Part shown: positions 1-9,598 of the stretch, in pieces
Numbering within the stretch: the stretch's first letter is position 1
How the letters are laid out: each line of letters begins with the position of its first letter
Position numbers and translations under genes: made by a program
Notes under the pieces: model-generated
Database searches by the model: none
What the model was told of the DNA's origin: nothing
What the model saw: the letters and a program-made list of their open reading frames with translations, nothing else
Origin: Candidatus Aminicenantales bacterium
Lineage (GTDB): Bacteria; Acidobacteriota; Aminicenantia; Aminicenantales; UBA8522
DNA length: 64,000 bases
NCBI GenBank assembly: GCA_049682755.1
Contig: JBAUIH010000209.1
Coordinates: 208 to 64,207 of the forward strand
Direction: 5' to 3'

Positions 1-1
1 G

Positions 2-400
2 GTAGTAGTGGACGTGGTGGCGGGGCGAATCCGGATTCATCCGGCGGACGGCTTTGGTGAGGATGGGCTTGCGGCCGTCGGTCGAATAGCCCCATCTCTC
101 GGGGATCCCGGCCAGGAAAAAAAGAAGGGCCGACCCGAAGGAATTGGTGAACAGAATGCCGGTCTCAAAACGCTCCTTTTTCAATCGACGGGCGGCGGCT
201 TGGAGGCTCTTGATATCTTTGACCGGAGGCAGGGGCAGAACGCCCGCGATCCCAGAATCGAAGGCAAAAAGGTCCTTGACCGGGTCCGCAGCACCCAGCC
301 AGACCTCTCCCCCCGAAAAATGGCCGGAGATCGCCTCGATGGCCGGGCGGGCCAGGACGCTGTCGCCGATCCAGTTAGGGACGCGGATGAGGACCTTCAT
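2..400 (-). CDS. Glycosyltransferase family 9 (LPS heptosyltransferase-like), 5' part; gene continues beyond window start
   Basis: Absent from the ORF track because there is no stop in the window. Minus-strand ATG at 400-398. Translation MKVLIRVPNWIGDSVLARPAIEAISGHF...FTNSFGSALLFFLAGIPERWGY shows the N-terminal PNWIGD / TNSF pattern of GT9 heptosyltransferases. Confidence 0.6.
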   Translation of the reverse strand, partial: MKVLIRVPNWIGDSVLARPAIEAISGHFSGGEVWLGAADPVKDLFAFDSGIAGVLPLPPVKDIKSLQAAARRLKKERFETGILFTNSFGSALLFFLAGIPERWGYSTDGRKPILTKAVRRMNPDSPRHHVHYY

Positions 401-499
401 TGTGGCTATTTTATGCCCCGCCAACGGATCTTGTCAAAAAAGGAGGCTCGGGCATATTGTCTCCAAACCACGCCTGTTTTCTCCCCGCGTGGAAAACGG

Positions 500-800
500 G
501 CTCGATTCGTCGTTCGCTCTTCTCTCCCTGCGGGAGAGAAACCGTGCCCGCTCACTCCTCATACGGGTTTCTCGGGCCACTGCCCCTCGCCTTGGTCAAG
601 ACACAGTGTGCCCGCTTCGCCCTCAAACGGGTTTGTCGCCAACATGCCCTCGCCTAGGGGAAAAGAAGGCCGGGGGGCATCGATGGACTTCCTCACCAAT
701 ACCCCTCGCCTCAGTCGCTACAGGTGGCTTCGTCAGCCCGCTCGCGCCCCCAGCGAGGAACCGGTCATTGCGAGGAACGAAGTGACAAAGCAATCCAGCC
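500..800. repeat. Composite intergenic repeat, copy A (same family as 25338-25600 and 32697-32875)
   Basis: Shares blocks with the other copies: gctcgattcg...; gcccgctcNNNNctcatacgg..ttctc..gcccctcgccttgg; cgatggacttcctcac (the terminus of copy B); ggtggcttcgtcagcccgctcgc (as in copy C). The cccctcgcc core occurs three times here. The copy ends in the palindromic gtcattgcgaggaacgaagtgacaaagcaatcc motif. Confidence 0.7.
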
Positions 801-853
801 CTTGGGCTGTCCCGAGCCGGGTGAGGGAATAGCGGGCTCAGTTGGAGGTTAAA

Positions 854-1162
854 TTATTTATCCGCCGACGGAGGGGAGGGTTTTTTTGCGGTCTTGGGTT
901 TGTCTTCTGAGGCGGCAGCGGGGGTGCAGGATTCCTTGGCTGGCGCTTTGTCTTTCCTCTTGGCTTCTTCCTGGGGCGATGATTTGTGGGGGTAATCGGT
1001 GATGTACCAGCCGCTCCCTTTGAACTGGATGGCCGACGAGGAAACCAGCTTCTTGAGCACGCCGCCGCACTTCCGGCATTTCCGGAGCGGCGGGTCGTTG
1101 ACCTTCTGGACGACCTCGACGCGGCACCCGCACTGGGTGCATTCATATTCATAAAGAGGCAT
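854..1162 (-). CDS. FmdB-family zinc-ribbon protein (CxxC...CxxC)
   Basis: N-terminus MPLYEYECTQCGCRVEVVQKVNDPPLRKCRKCGG is the FmdB/CxxC_CxxC_SSSS signature. The tail is Lys/Pro-rich and low in complexity. Confidence 0.85.
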   Translation of the reverse strand: MPLYEYECTQCGCRVEVVQKVNDPPLRKCRKCGGVLKKLVSSSAIQFKGSGWYITDYPHKSSPQEEAKRKDKAPAKESCTPAAASEDKPKTAKKPSPPSADK

Positions 1163-1464
1163 TTTTTATCTCGCTCCTCGAAGAAATACCATTATAGCAG
1201 AGTAGAGCTGAGATTCAACAATCGGTGCGCGTTTTCAGCGCTGTTCGAAAGGCTTTCCCGGTTAGTCCCTCGGGTAAGGGGTCAGGTCTCAACAATCAAC
1301 AAATTTATGAGATAGCGGGCGTATCGGCTTGGCTAAGAATACCCAATTCCGGGGCACCAACCATAATTTGCAGCCGCAATCAGGCAGTTCCGTAAATCAT
1401 GGTTGATGGCCCCTGAATTGAAAAACGGCGACCTCTGTGCCTCCCCGTTTTCCGTAAATAAACG

Positions 1465-1501
1465 TCCTCTCCCCTGGTGGGAGAGGATAGAGGAGAGGGG
1501 G
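1465..1501 (+). repeat. 37-bp REP-like hairpin repeat, copy 1
   Basis: tcctctcccctggtgggagaggatagaggagaggggg. The stem cctctccc/gggagagg encloses a 5-nt loop. A near-identical copy (2 mismatches) lies at 4789-4825 in the same orientation. Confidence 0.8.
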
Positions 1502-1506
1502 CACCA

Positions 1507-4500
1507 TCAAATGGCAGCTAGGCGGTTGCGGGCGTCGTCGACCTCGGGCCGGCCGGGATCGGCGGTTTTCCAGAGGTCGAGGAATTTCCGGTAATGCTCC
1601 GCGGCCTCGGCCGTTTTTTCCTGTTGTTCGCTGATCTTCCCGAGTTGGTAATAACCTCGGGCATAGATGTCGCCGTAATCCAGCCTGCCGGCCCCGAAAG
1701 AAACGATTTTCTCGTACTCCCGGCGGGCGCCGGCCAGATCCCCGAGATGATAAAACGCCGATCCCAAGGCGTCGGCGAACCGGAGATGGACGCCCGAATC
1801 CTCGAGTAACAGGGGCTGGCCAAGCCGGAACAATTCAACCGCCTTGGAATAGTTCCCTTTTTCCAGCGCGATCATCCCCGTCAGAAAGTGATGGTACCAG
1901 ACCAACTTTTTGTTGGGCGCCTGGTCGACCGCCGCCTTCAGCTGGACGGCGATATCCTGGGCCCCGGCGATCGAATTCATATCCAAATGCACAAGCCCCC
2001 GAGAGAGCAGGATCTCTCTTTGATCCCCGAAGCTTTCATCGGCAACCGCGCTGGCCCAAGCTTTGTCGAGCTCCTGCAGCGCCGCTTCCGGATGACCTGA
2101 TCTCTGCTCCGCATATGACAAGCCGCCGCGCAACATCCTGATCCAGCGGCTCTGCCCGAGCTTTCCGGCGATTTCGAGGAACACCCGGGTCTGCTTTTTC
2201 GCTTCTTCGTACCGGCCCTGGAGATTATACAGGGAGATAAGTCTTAGCAAGCCCCAGCCCCGGCTCAGCTGTTCCTCTCCTTGCAGAAGCTTCTTGTATT
2301 CTTCTTCGGCGCCGCTCAGGCCATCCATATAAAGGTACACATCTCCTCTGTCCCTTGTATTCTCCCAGGCGGCAGGAGCCAGGCGGGCCGCCTTGTCCAG
2401 CTCGGCCAGGGCGAGGTCGTATTGGCCAAGCTTGCGGTAGGTATCGGCCAGGTCACGGCGCATAAAGGCGCTGTCTCCGATTTCCTTAAGGTAGGACTCT
2501 TTGACCTCAATGGACTTGTCATAGGCGCCGATGTTCTCGTAAGCCCCGGACAAATTCTGATAGATGACAACGTCCTCGGTCCCGGCCTGAACGCAGACTC
2601 TCCACCGCTCGATGGCTCTTTCTATTTCTCCCATCCGGCTATAAAGGATAGCCAGGTTATTGCCGCCGGAAATATCATCGGGATATATCGCGATCAATTT
2701 CTCCAGAGCCATAAGCGCTTGGGTATAAGTCTTTTCCGATCCCATATAATAATTTCCCTGGATGTTGAGCTTCTCCCGGTCGGTCAGCCGCTCGCTCAGC
2801 GCCATGGCCTTTTCCTCGTACTTTCTCTGTTCGGCAAAGAAATAGAGATTGCCATAAGACCAGGCCATGGCCAAGTACGCGGAGGCAAAGTCGGGGTCGA
2901 TGGCCACGGCTTTTTCCATGGATTCGATGACTTGGCGGTATTCGCCCTTGACATCGTGCCGGATTCCCTCGACGTAATATTTGTAGGCTTCGGGCGAGCT
3001 CGTGGTGACGATCCCCGCGTCCTTGTCGATGTCGGAGGCAATGTCCTGGGGCGAAATCTTGAAATTCGCCTTGACCCGCCGGGTCAGCTCATCCACCATG
3101 GAGAAGATGCTCGCCTCCCCTTTCCCGGCCACCGACTCCGACCCGATGAGCTCGCCCGACCCGGCCGCCTGGAGCGTGACGTTGATCCGGAATTCCTCGC
3201 CGGCCCTGGCGTAGGCCCCCTGAAGGATGTGGTTGACTCCGCCCTCTTCGGCCACCTGGCGGAGGATATCGGCTGAGTATGTTTGGTTGTCCTCTTGATT
3301 GAGCCGGTCGAGGATCTGGAAAAGCTTGTCCTCGCTCAGGACCCGGATGTGCTTCGACTGGGTGAGGTCCGTCACGAGCAAGTTGGCCAGCATGGTCCGC
3401 CAGTGGTCAAGTCCGGCATCGCCCGTGTTGTTCTTGAAATACATGACGGCGACGGAGGGTTTGTCGGTGGGAGGCGGAGCCGCCTTCCTTTTCGGGAGAA
3501 CTCGCCAGAGAAGGACGGCAACAGCCGCGACCACGATCAGCGCAATTGCCGGAACGAAGAGCTTTTTCACTCCTACGGTTACTGTGATTTCTTTGGACGT
3601 GAAGGCCTTTTTCTTTGGAATCAGGTGCGCCGCGGTCGGCATCCCCTCCGCGATCCGGTCCAGATCCGAGCGCAGTTCCCCGGCGCTCTGATACCGCCTG
3701 CCCTTATCCTTTTCCAGACATTTCAGGATCACCCGGTTGAGGTCCTCCGGAATCTGGGCATTGAACTCTTTCGGCGGCCTGGGAACCTCGCTCTTGTGCT
3801 TGACTCCGACGGTGAAAGGCGTGTCGCCCGTGAACGGCACGCGGCTGGCCACCATCTCATAAAGGATGACGCCAAGAGAATAAATGTCCGACCGAGCGTC
3901 GACCTCCTTGCCCTCGACCTGCTCCGGAGACATGTATTCGGGAGTCCCGATCATCACTCCGGCCCCGGTGATGCCCTTGGCCTTGATCGAGCGGGCGATC
4001 CCGAAATCCATGATCCGGGCCTGGCCGTCCCGGTCGACCATGATGTTTCCGGGTTTAAGGTCCCGGTGAACGATGCCCAGCCTGTGCGCCTCTTCGAGTC
4101 CGGCGCAGACCTGCCCGGCGATGGACACCGCCGTTTCGACGGCCAGCCTTCCCGATTGGCGGATCAAGCCTTTCAGGTCCTGGCCCGATACGTACTCCAT
4201 GGTGATGTAATAGGTCCCCTCGCTGGTGTTCAAGTCGAACATCTGGCAGACGTTTTTGTGGCGGATCTTGCGGGCGAATTTGAGCTCATTGCGGAAGCGC
4301 TCGATCGTCTCCTTGTCGAGGGCGACCTCCGGCTTGATGAGCTTCAGGGCGACTTTTTCGCTCACCTCGGTGTCGAGCGCCTTATAAACCCGGCCCATGC
4401 CCCCCTTTCCCAGCTCCTCGATAATCTGATATTTGCCGGCGAATGTCGATCCGGTGGTCAGCTCCTCGCGCGGCGCGCGGAGGGTCTCGGTCAGGACGAA

Positions 4501-4599
4501 ATGGTCCTTGGCGGATGGCTTGAGCGGTGAAGCGCAATGCCCGCAGTAAATCGTGTCCTCGGGATTCTCCAACCCGCATTTGGCGCATTTATTGGACAT
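1507..4599 (-). CDS. Ser/Thr protein kinase with N-terminal zinc ribbon, one TM helix, TolB-like periplasmic module and long TPR array
   Basis: Zinc ribbon CAKCG...CGHC. Kinase motifs GKGGMGRVYKA, HRDLKPGNIMV and DFGIAR. TM helix LFVPAIALIVVAAVAVLLW, then SVAVMYFKNNTGD and many TPR-like repeats. I prefer the ATG at 4599 (GGGGAG upstream) over the TTG at 4638 used by the ORF track. Confidence 0.9.
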   Translation of the reverse strand: MSNKCAKCGLENPEDTIYCGHCASPLKPSAKDHFVLTETLRAPREELTTGSTFAGKYQIIEELGKGGMGRVYKALDTEVSEKVALKLIKPEVALDKETIERFRNELKFARKIRHKNVCQMFDLNTSEGTYYITMEYVSGQDLKGLIRQSGRLAVETAVSIAGQVCAGLEEAHRLGIVHRDLKPGNIMVDRDGQARIMDFGIARSIKAKGITGAGVMIGTPEYMSPEQVEGKEVDARSDIYSLGVILYEMVASRVPFTGDTPFTVGVKHKSEVPRPPKEFNAQIPEDLNRVILKCLEKDKGRRYQSAGELRSDLDRIAEGMPTAAHLIPKKKAFTSKEITVTVGVKKLFVPAIALIVVAAVAVLLWRVLPKRKAAPPPTDKPSVAVMYFKNNTGDAGLDHWRTMLANLLVTDLTQSKHIRVLSEDKLFQILDRLNQEDNQTYSADILRQVAEEGGVNHILQGAYARAGEEFRINVTLQAAGSGELIGSESVAGKGEASIFSMVDELTRRVKANFKISPQDIASDIDKDAGIVTTSSPEAYKYYVEGIRHDVKGEYRQVIESMEKAVAIDPDFASAYLAMAWSYGNLYFFAEQRKYEEKAMALSERLTDREKLNIQGNYYMGSEKTYTQALMALEKLIAIYPDDISGGNNLAILYSRMGEIERAIERWRVCVQAGTEDVVIYQNLSGAYENIGAYDKSIEVKESYLKEIGDSAFMRRDLADTYRKLGQYDLALAELDKAARLAPAAWENTRDRGDVYLYMDGLSGAEEEYKKLLQGEEQLSRGWGLLRLISLYNLQGRYEEAKKQTRVFLEIAGKLGQSRWIRMLRGGLSYAEQRSGHPEAALQELDKAWASAVADESFGDQREILLSRGLVHLDMNSIAGAQDIAVQLKAAVDQAPNKKLVWYHHFLTGMIALEKGNYSKAVELFRLGQPLLLEDSGVHLRFADALGSAFYHLGDLAGARREYEKIVSFGAGRLDYGDIYARGYYQLGKISEQQEKTAEAAEHYRKFLDLWKTADPGRPEVDDARNRLAAI

Positions 4600-4788
4600 G
4601 CCGTCTCCCCGACCCAAACGGTGACCGAAGAATATCAACTCGCGGGCGCTGAGTCAAATGAAAATCCCTGAAAAGATACTTCCTTTATAGAGGAATACGG
4701 GAAATTCTTAACGGAAATTGGGGAATCGCTGAGTGTCCGGTTCTGACCTATTATTCTGAATGATTAATGAAAAATGACGAAAAAGATA

Positions 4789-4825
4789 TCCTCTCCCCTG
4801 GCGGGAGAGGATGGAGGAGAGGGGG
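4789..4825 (+). repeat. 37-bp REP-like hairpin repeat, copy 2
   Basis: tcctctcccctggcgggagaggatggaggagaggggg. It is a direct repeat of 1465-1501, and the two copies bracket the kinase gene. Confidence 0.8.
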
Positions 4826-4863
4826 GAAGGGAGAAGGATTGAGGCTCTTGTAGGAGCGAGGTA

Positions 4864-7800
4864 TTAGGTTGCTTTCTTAATTGGCCCACCCGGTCCCGCT
4901 GGAAACCGGGTTCTGATGTATTCGGCGGCGCTTTCGGGGCTGAGCTTCACGCTCCCGGGCCCGCTCCGCACATAAAAATCGCCCTCCGGATTCTCCTCTG
5001 TTTGCTTCCATTTAAGAAAGACCGGCTCCGGGCTGCGCTGGCAGGTGACGAGGCAGACGGTCTTTCCCTGGACGACCTGCGTTTTGGGGTCGATACACGT
5101 GCTCGCCCGGTCCCCCAGTCCGTTCCGGACGACCTGAGCGAGGTGGCGCATGAACTCGTCGTCATTATCAAACTGGTCGGCCTCAACCCCTGTGACCTTT
5201 CCGCTATCGCTCACTCCGATCAGGAGGTCGCCGCCCGCAGTGTTCAGGAACGCGGCGATCGTTTTGAGCACGGCATGGGTGATGACTTTGTCGTCCTTAC
5301 GGTTTTCCTTGAGATTCCAGCGCAGAGTCGACTTAAACTCCAGAGTTTTCGATTCTCCGCGTTTGATCAGCTCTTCCGCCTGCCGATGGGCCCGCAAATA
5401 ATGATCGAACAGGAAGTCCTTGAGCGCTTCCCCGAAGGCCCGGTCGTCGGTGATCCGTTTGTAGAGGTCGAAGTTCGAATCCACGATCTCCTGGATGACA
5501 TCCTCGACTTTATGATCGAAAGTCAGGCGGATATTCTCGCGGGTATTGACCCGGGCGCTGGCGTCGAGCGCCGCATCGCCGTCGAGTTTGGCCAGGATCT
5601 GCCCGAGTGTCACCCGGTGCTCCGGTCCGAGGTTCAATCCGAAACGCTCGTTCAGCTCGGCAATGATCAAGGAAAGCGGCTCGAGATCCTCAGGCGCCTC
5701 CCCGTAATGCTCCTTCGTCATCACCGGCTGAAGCTGTTCTCCTTTCCGCTCAAGAGTTATAGCGCCGCTTCCGGTCTGCTGGATGCGGTAAGACTCCATG
5801 TCGATATTCTGCTGGACCTCGCGAGGCAATGTATCCGGGTCGGCGGGGACGAGCCGCCGCAGATGGCGGGCGAAGACATAAAGCTTCTCGAGGTCCGCAT
5901 CGGAGAAAGTCAGAACCTGGGCCAGAAAAGCATAGAGCCGCACATAATCGGTGAGCTGGCCACGGAAATCATGCTGCTCCTCGTCCGAGATTCCGGCAAA
6001 GCGTGTGCTCACGGGAGCCAGAACAGCGTAAAGCTGATCCTGTGTGGTCTTCTTATCAAAATAGGCTTTCGCGAACAAAGCGACGTCGGCGTCGGTGAAA
6101 ACCGGGAAGGCCAGCAGCCGGCTCTGAATTTCGTAAAGCAGGTGCGGGTCGGTCGCTTCGGACAGGAGAGTGGTCTCATAATAGGGCTGGAAGGCCGCCT
6201 GAATGTCATCCGCCTCGTTGGCGAAGTCCAGCACCAGAGTGCCGCTTTTCTCCGGATAAATCCGGTTCAGCCGGGACAGGGTTTGGACCGCATTCACCCC
6301 GCCGAGCTTCTTGTCGACGTACATCGTATGCAGAAGGGGCTGGTCGAACCCTGTCTGAAACTTGTTGGCGCAGATAAGAAAACGATACTCGGGCTTCCCG
6401 AATTCCTTGGCGGTCTGCCGCTCTCCGATCGTCCGTTCTTTCCCGGCGGAGTTCATCCCCGATTCAGTGTAGGCCCGTCCCCCGTCCGGCACACTTCCGG
6501 AGAAAGCCACCAAGGCCTTGAAAGGGTAGCCTTTCTCCCGTAGATACCTGTCCGCGGCCAGCTTGTAGCGCACGGCATGCAGGCGTGACCGGGTCACGAT
6601 CATCGCCTTGGCTCTTCCGCCGATCTCGTTCTGGACCTGGGCGGCGAAGTGCTCCACCATGATCCTCACTTTCTCGTTGATGGCGTGCGGATGGAGCTCG
6701 ACGAACGACTTGAGCAGGTATTCCGCTTTGCTTTTATCGTAACGGGGATCGTCTTCGATCTTCTTGAGAAGCCGCCAGTAGGCCTTGTATGTCGTGTAGT
6801 TCCTGAGGACATCGAGAATGAAGCCTTCCTCGATCGCCTGGCGCATGCTGTAAAGATGGAACGGCTCGAACTTTCCGTCCGTCCTCTTGATGCCGAAGAT
6901 TTCGAGCGTCTTCGCCTTCGGAGTCGCCGTGAAAGCGAACATCGAGAGGTTGGGCAGGCGGCCGCGCTTCTCCATCTCGGCCAGGATAGTGTTCTCGAGC
7001 TCCTCCTCGGGGGTTTGGGCGCCCGCTTCTTCCTTCTCCGCCTCTTCGAGGTTTCCTGAGGCCAGAACGGCCTTGAGGCTCTTCGAGCTTTCGCCCGACT
7101 GCGACGAGTGCGCTTCGTCCACGATGACGGCGAAGCGATGGCCGGGGAGCTCGCCGATCTCGCTCACGATAACGGGGAACTTTTGCAGGGTGGTCACGAT
7201 GATCGTCTTTCCCGACTCGAGGGCTTGTTTGAGTTGGCGGGAGGTCGTATCGATATTCTCCACAACACCCAGCGTCTGCTCGAACTGGCGCATGGTCGTC
7301 TGGAGCTGCCGGTCGAGGATGCGGCGGTCGGTGACGACGACGATCGAGTCGAAAACCCGCTTATCCTCGTTGTCATGAAGCGTCGAGAGCCGGTGGGCGA
7401 GCCAGGCGATGGTGAAACTCTTGCCGGAGCCGGCCGAATGCTGGATAAGGTAGCTCTCACCGGCCCCGTATTGGCGGGCGTGGGCGACCAGCCTCCGCAC
7501 GGCATCGAGCTGCTGATACCGGGGGAAGATCAGGGAGCGCTTTCCGGTCTTGCGGCCCCGCTCGTCCTCTTCTTCGATTTCGTGGACAAACTGGCGGATG
7601 AGGTCGAGGACACTGTCTCTGGACCAGATTTTCTCCCATAGATAGGCAGTAGGATAGCCTTTCTGCGTCGGCGGAACCGGCGGGTTTCCCGCCCCACCGA
7701 ACTTGCCCTGGTTGAAGGGCAGGAATCGCGTCCTCGGTCCGGCAAGTTCCGTCGCCACATAGACAAGGTCCGGGTCCACGGCGAAATGAGCCAGGCAGCG

Positions 7801-8421
7801 CCCGTAGGCGAGGAGCGGCTCCCGGGGATCCCGGTCGGACTTGTATTGCCTGATGGCGTCCTCGACGGTCTGACCGGTAAGCGGATTCTTGAGCTCGGCG
7901 GTGAAAATCGGGATGCCGTTCAGGAAAAGGACCATGTCGAGAGTCTGAATGCTCTTTTCACTGTACCGGAGCTGACGGATTACGGAAAAGAGATTCGCCG
8001 CGTGAAGCCGCCTGATCTCCTCGTTTAGCCCGCTCGCCGGCCGGAAGAAGGCCAGCTTGAATTTGCAGCCCGAATCCTTGATCCCGTTCCGCAGCACATC
8101 CAGCGCGCCGCGCCGCCCGATCTCCCGCGATAGGCGTTTGAGGAATTGTTCTTTAGCCGAGGCGCCGTAAGGCTGCTTGAGCCTTTCCCATTCCTTCGGC
8201 TGCGTCGCGATGATAAAGTCGATGACGTCGCGCGGAATGAGGCATAGCGACTGGTCGTATTCTTCAGGCGGCCGCTTTCGATATCCTCCGGGAGGGGATT
8301 CTCCGTAAGGCGGCGCCGTCTCGCGCACACCGACCATCTCTCCAGCGCAGGCATCCGGCCCGTGCCGAAGCAGCCCGCATTCAATGGTTTTTTCAAAACT
8401 TCGCTCGGAGACTTCCGGCAT
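4864..8421 (-). CDS. hsdR: Type I restriction enzyme R subunit with extra C-terminal AlbA_2 (Schlafen-type) domain
   Basis: N-terminal PD-(D/E)xK nuclease (DMVLFLNGIPIFTAELK). SF2 helicase motifs (HSAGSGKS, VIVDEAHSSQSG, QTGFD). The last ~166 aa (KRGESKTLEFKS...AAFLNTAGGDLLIGVSD...YVRSGPGS) match the AlbA_2 pattern. Confidence 0.9.
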   Translation of the reverse strand: MPEVSERSFEKTIECGLLRHGPDACAGEMVGVRETAPPYGESPPGGYRKRPPEEYDQSLCLIPRDVIDFIIATQPKEWERLKQPYGASAKEQFLKRLSREIGRRGALDVLRNGIKDSGCKFKLAFFRPASGLNEEIRRLHAANLFSVIRQLRYSEKSIQTLDMVLFLNGIPIFTAELKNPLTGQTVEDAIRQYKSDRDPREPLLAYGRCLAHFAVDPDLVYVATELAGPRTRFLPFNQGKFGGAGNPPVPPTQKGYPTAYLWEKIWSRDSVLDLIRQFVHEIEEEDERGRKTGKRSLIFPRYQQLDAVRRLVAHARQYGAGESYLIQHSAGSGKSFTIAWLAHRLSTLHDNEDKRVFDSIVVVTDRRILDRQLQTTMRQFEQTLGVVENIDTTSRQLKQALESGKTIIVTTLQKFPVIVSEIGELPGHRFAVIVDEAHSSQSGESSKSLKAVLASGNLEEAEKEEAGAQTPEEELENTILAEMEKRGRLPNLSMFAFTATPKAKTLEIFGIKRTDGKFEPFHLYSMRQAIEEGFILDVLRNYTTYKAYWRLLKKIEDDPRYDKSKAEYLLKSFVELHPHAINEKVRIMVEHFAAQVQNEIGGRAKAMIVTRSRLHAVRYKLAADRYLREKGYPFKALVAFSGSVPDGGRAYTESGMNSAGKERTIGERQTAKEFGKPEYRFLICANKFQTGFDQPLLHTMYVDKKLGGVNAVQTLSRLNRIYPEKSGTLVLDFANEADDIQAAFQPYYETTLLSEATDPHLLYEIQSRLLAFPVFTDADVALFAKAYFDKKTTQDQLYAVLAPVSTRFAGISDEEQHDFRGQLTDYVRLYAFLAQVLTFSDADLEKLYVFARHLRRLVPADPDTLPREVQQNIDMESYRIQQTGSGAITLERKGEQLQPVMTKEHYGEAPEDLEPLSLIIAELNERFGLNLGPEHRVTLGQILAKLDGDAALDASARVNTRENIRLTFDHKVEDVIQEIVDSNFDLYKRITDDRAFGEALKDFLFDHYLRAHRQAEELIKRGESKTLEFKSTLRWNLKENRKDDKVITHAVLKTIAAFLNTAGGDLLIGVSDSGKVTGVEADQFDNDDEFMRHLAQVVRNGLGDRASTCIDPKTQVVQGKTVCLVTCQRSPEPVFLKWKQTEENPEGDFYVRSGPGSVKLSPESAAEYIRTRFPAGPGGPIKKAT

Positions 8422-9582
8422 TCAAATCTCCGTCCCTTGCCTGAGAATATCCAGGCATTTTTCATACGCGTACAATCTGTTTCTCTTCCGTCCCGTGACC
8501 TCCTTCACGATTCCGATTTTTTGAAGCGAATCAAGGACGCTGGTCACGGTAGGCGGTGAGATCTTCGTTTTGTCTGACAGGAATGGAATATTCGCGATGG
8601 GCCGGCCTTGAAGGACCTCGTGTATCCGAAGAGCGGAGCTGGCCTTTCGTCCAAGGTCGCCGATCTTTTTCCGGTCCTCCTCAGCGACTTCGTTCAAACG
8701 CCTGGCTGTCGTCACCGCTCCTTCGGCCATCTCCCGGACTCCGTCGACGAAAAAACGCAGCCACGTTTCCCAGTCCCCTTCCTGACGGACTTTCATCAGG
8801 AGATCGAAATATTGCGACCTGTTCTGTTTGAAATAAAGACTGAGATAAAGAAGCGGGTGCCGAAGGACCCCCTCATGGCAAAGGAGCAACGTAATCAGCA
8901 GGCGGCCTATCCGGCCGTTGCCATCGCTGAAGGGATGGATTGTCTCGAATTGCACATGGGATAGGGCAGCCTTGATCAGGATTGGGATTCTTTCGGGAAT
9001 ATCATGAAGGAATTTCTCAAGCGCGCTCATGCATTCGGCCACGCGGCCGGGTGGAGATGGGACATAAATGGCGTTGCCCGGCCGGGTTCCTCCGATCCAG
9101 TTCTGATCGCGGCGAAACTCGCCGGGATTCTTGTCGCTCCCGCGGCCTTTCGCCAGCAGAACTCCATGAACCTCACGAATCAGGCGGTTGGATAGGGGGA
9201 ATCCTTCCCTGAGCCTTTTTAAGCCATGGTTCATTGCCGAGACATAGTTTGAAACTTCCACGACATCGTCGAGCGGGACTCCAGGGGCCTCTTTTAGTTC
9301 GAAGAGCAAGAGATCGGACAGCGATGTCTGTGTCCCCTCGATTTGAGATGAAAGCACCGCCTCTTTGCGTATATACATGTATAGGAAAAGATCGATATCG
9401 GGCAGAAGAGTGGCAACGCTGTCGAGCCGCCCGAGAGAGAGAAGAGCCTGATCGATGGCATCCCGAAGCGAGAAATCGATAACGAGAGGAGGAATCGGCG
9501 GTAGGGGGCGGGGAACAAAGGCTCGGACGGTTTCCTCACCGGTTTGCCTGACGATGTATTCCCCTGTTAATCCTCGATTCAT
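8422..9582 (-). CDS. Fic/DOC family protein, class II (Fic_N + Fic + C-terminal wHTH; SoFic-like layout)
   Basis: Active-site motif HPFSDGNGRIGRLL. Intramolecular inhibitory motif SSQIEG (S-x3-E-G). C-terminal wHTH-like ISPPTVTSVLDSLQKIGIVKE. The stop TGA directly abuts the hsdR ATG. Confidence 0.9.
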   Translation of the reverse strand: MNRGLTGEYIVRQTGEETVRAFVPRPLPPIPPLVIDFSLRDAIDQALLSLGRLDSVATLLPDIDLFLYMYIRKEAVLSSQIEGTQTSLSDLLLFELKEAPGVPLDDVVEVSNYVSAMNHGLKRLREGFPLSNRLIREVHGVLLAKGRGSDKNPGEFRRDQNWIGGTRPGNAIYVPSPPGRVAECMSALEKFLHDIPERIPILIKAALSHVQFETIHPFSDGNGRIGRLLITLLLCHEGVLRHPLLYLSLYFKQNRSQYFDLLMKVRQEGDWETWLRFFVDGVREMAEGAVTTARRLNEVAEEDRKKIGDLGRKASSALRIHEVLQGRPIANIPFLSDKTKISPPTVTSVLDSLQKIGIVKEVTGRKRNRLYAYEKCLDILRQGTEI

Positions 9583-9598
9583 GGCTAATCTTTGCAGG

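Noticed and set aside
8-832. Long plus-strand ORFs at the window start (8..832, 144..785, 400..657)
   Set aside because: Their first 400 nt are antisense to a well-supported GT9 gene. The remainder is translation of the composite intergenic repeat (the same peptide-like strings recur at 25292..25657 and 32439..). Composition is Arg/Pro/Ser-rich and junk-like.
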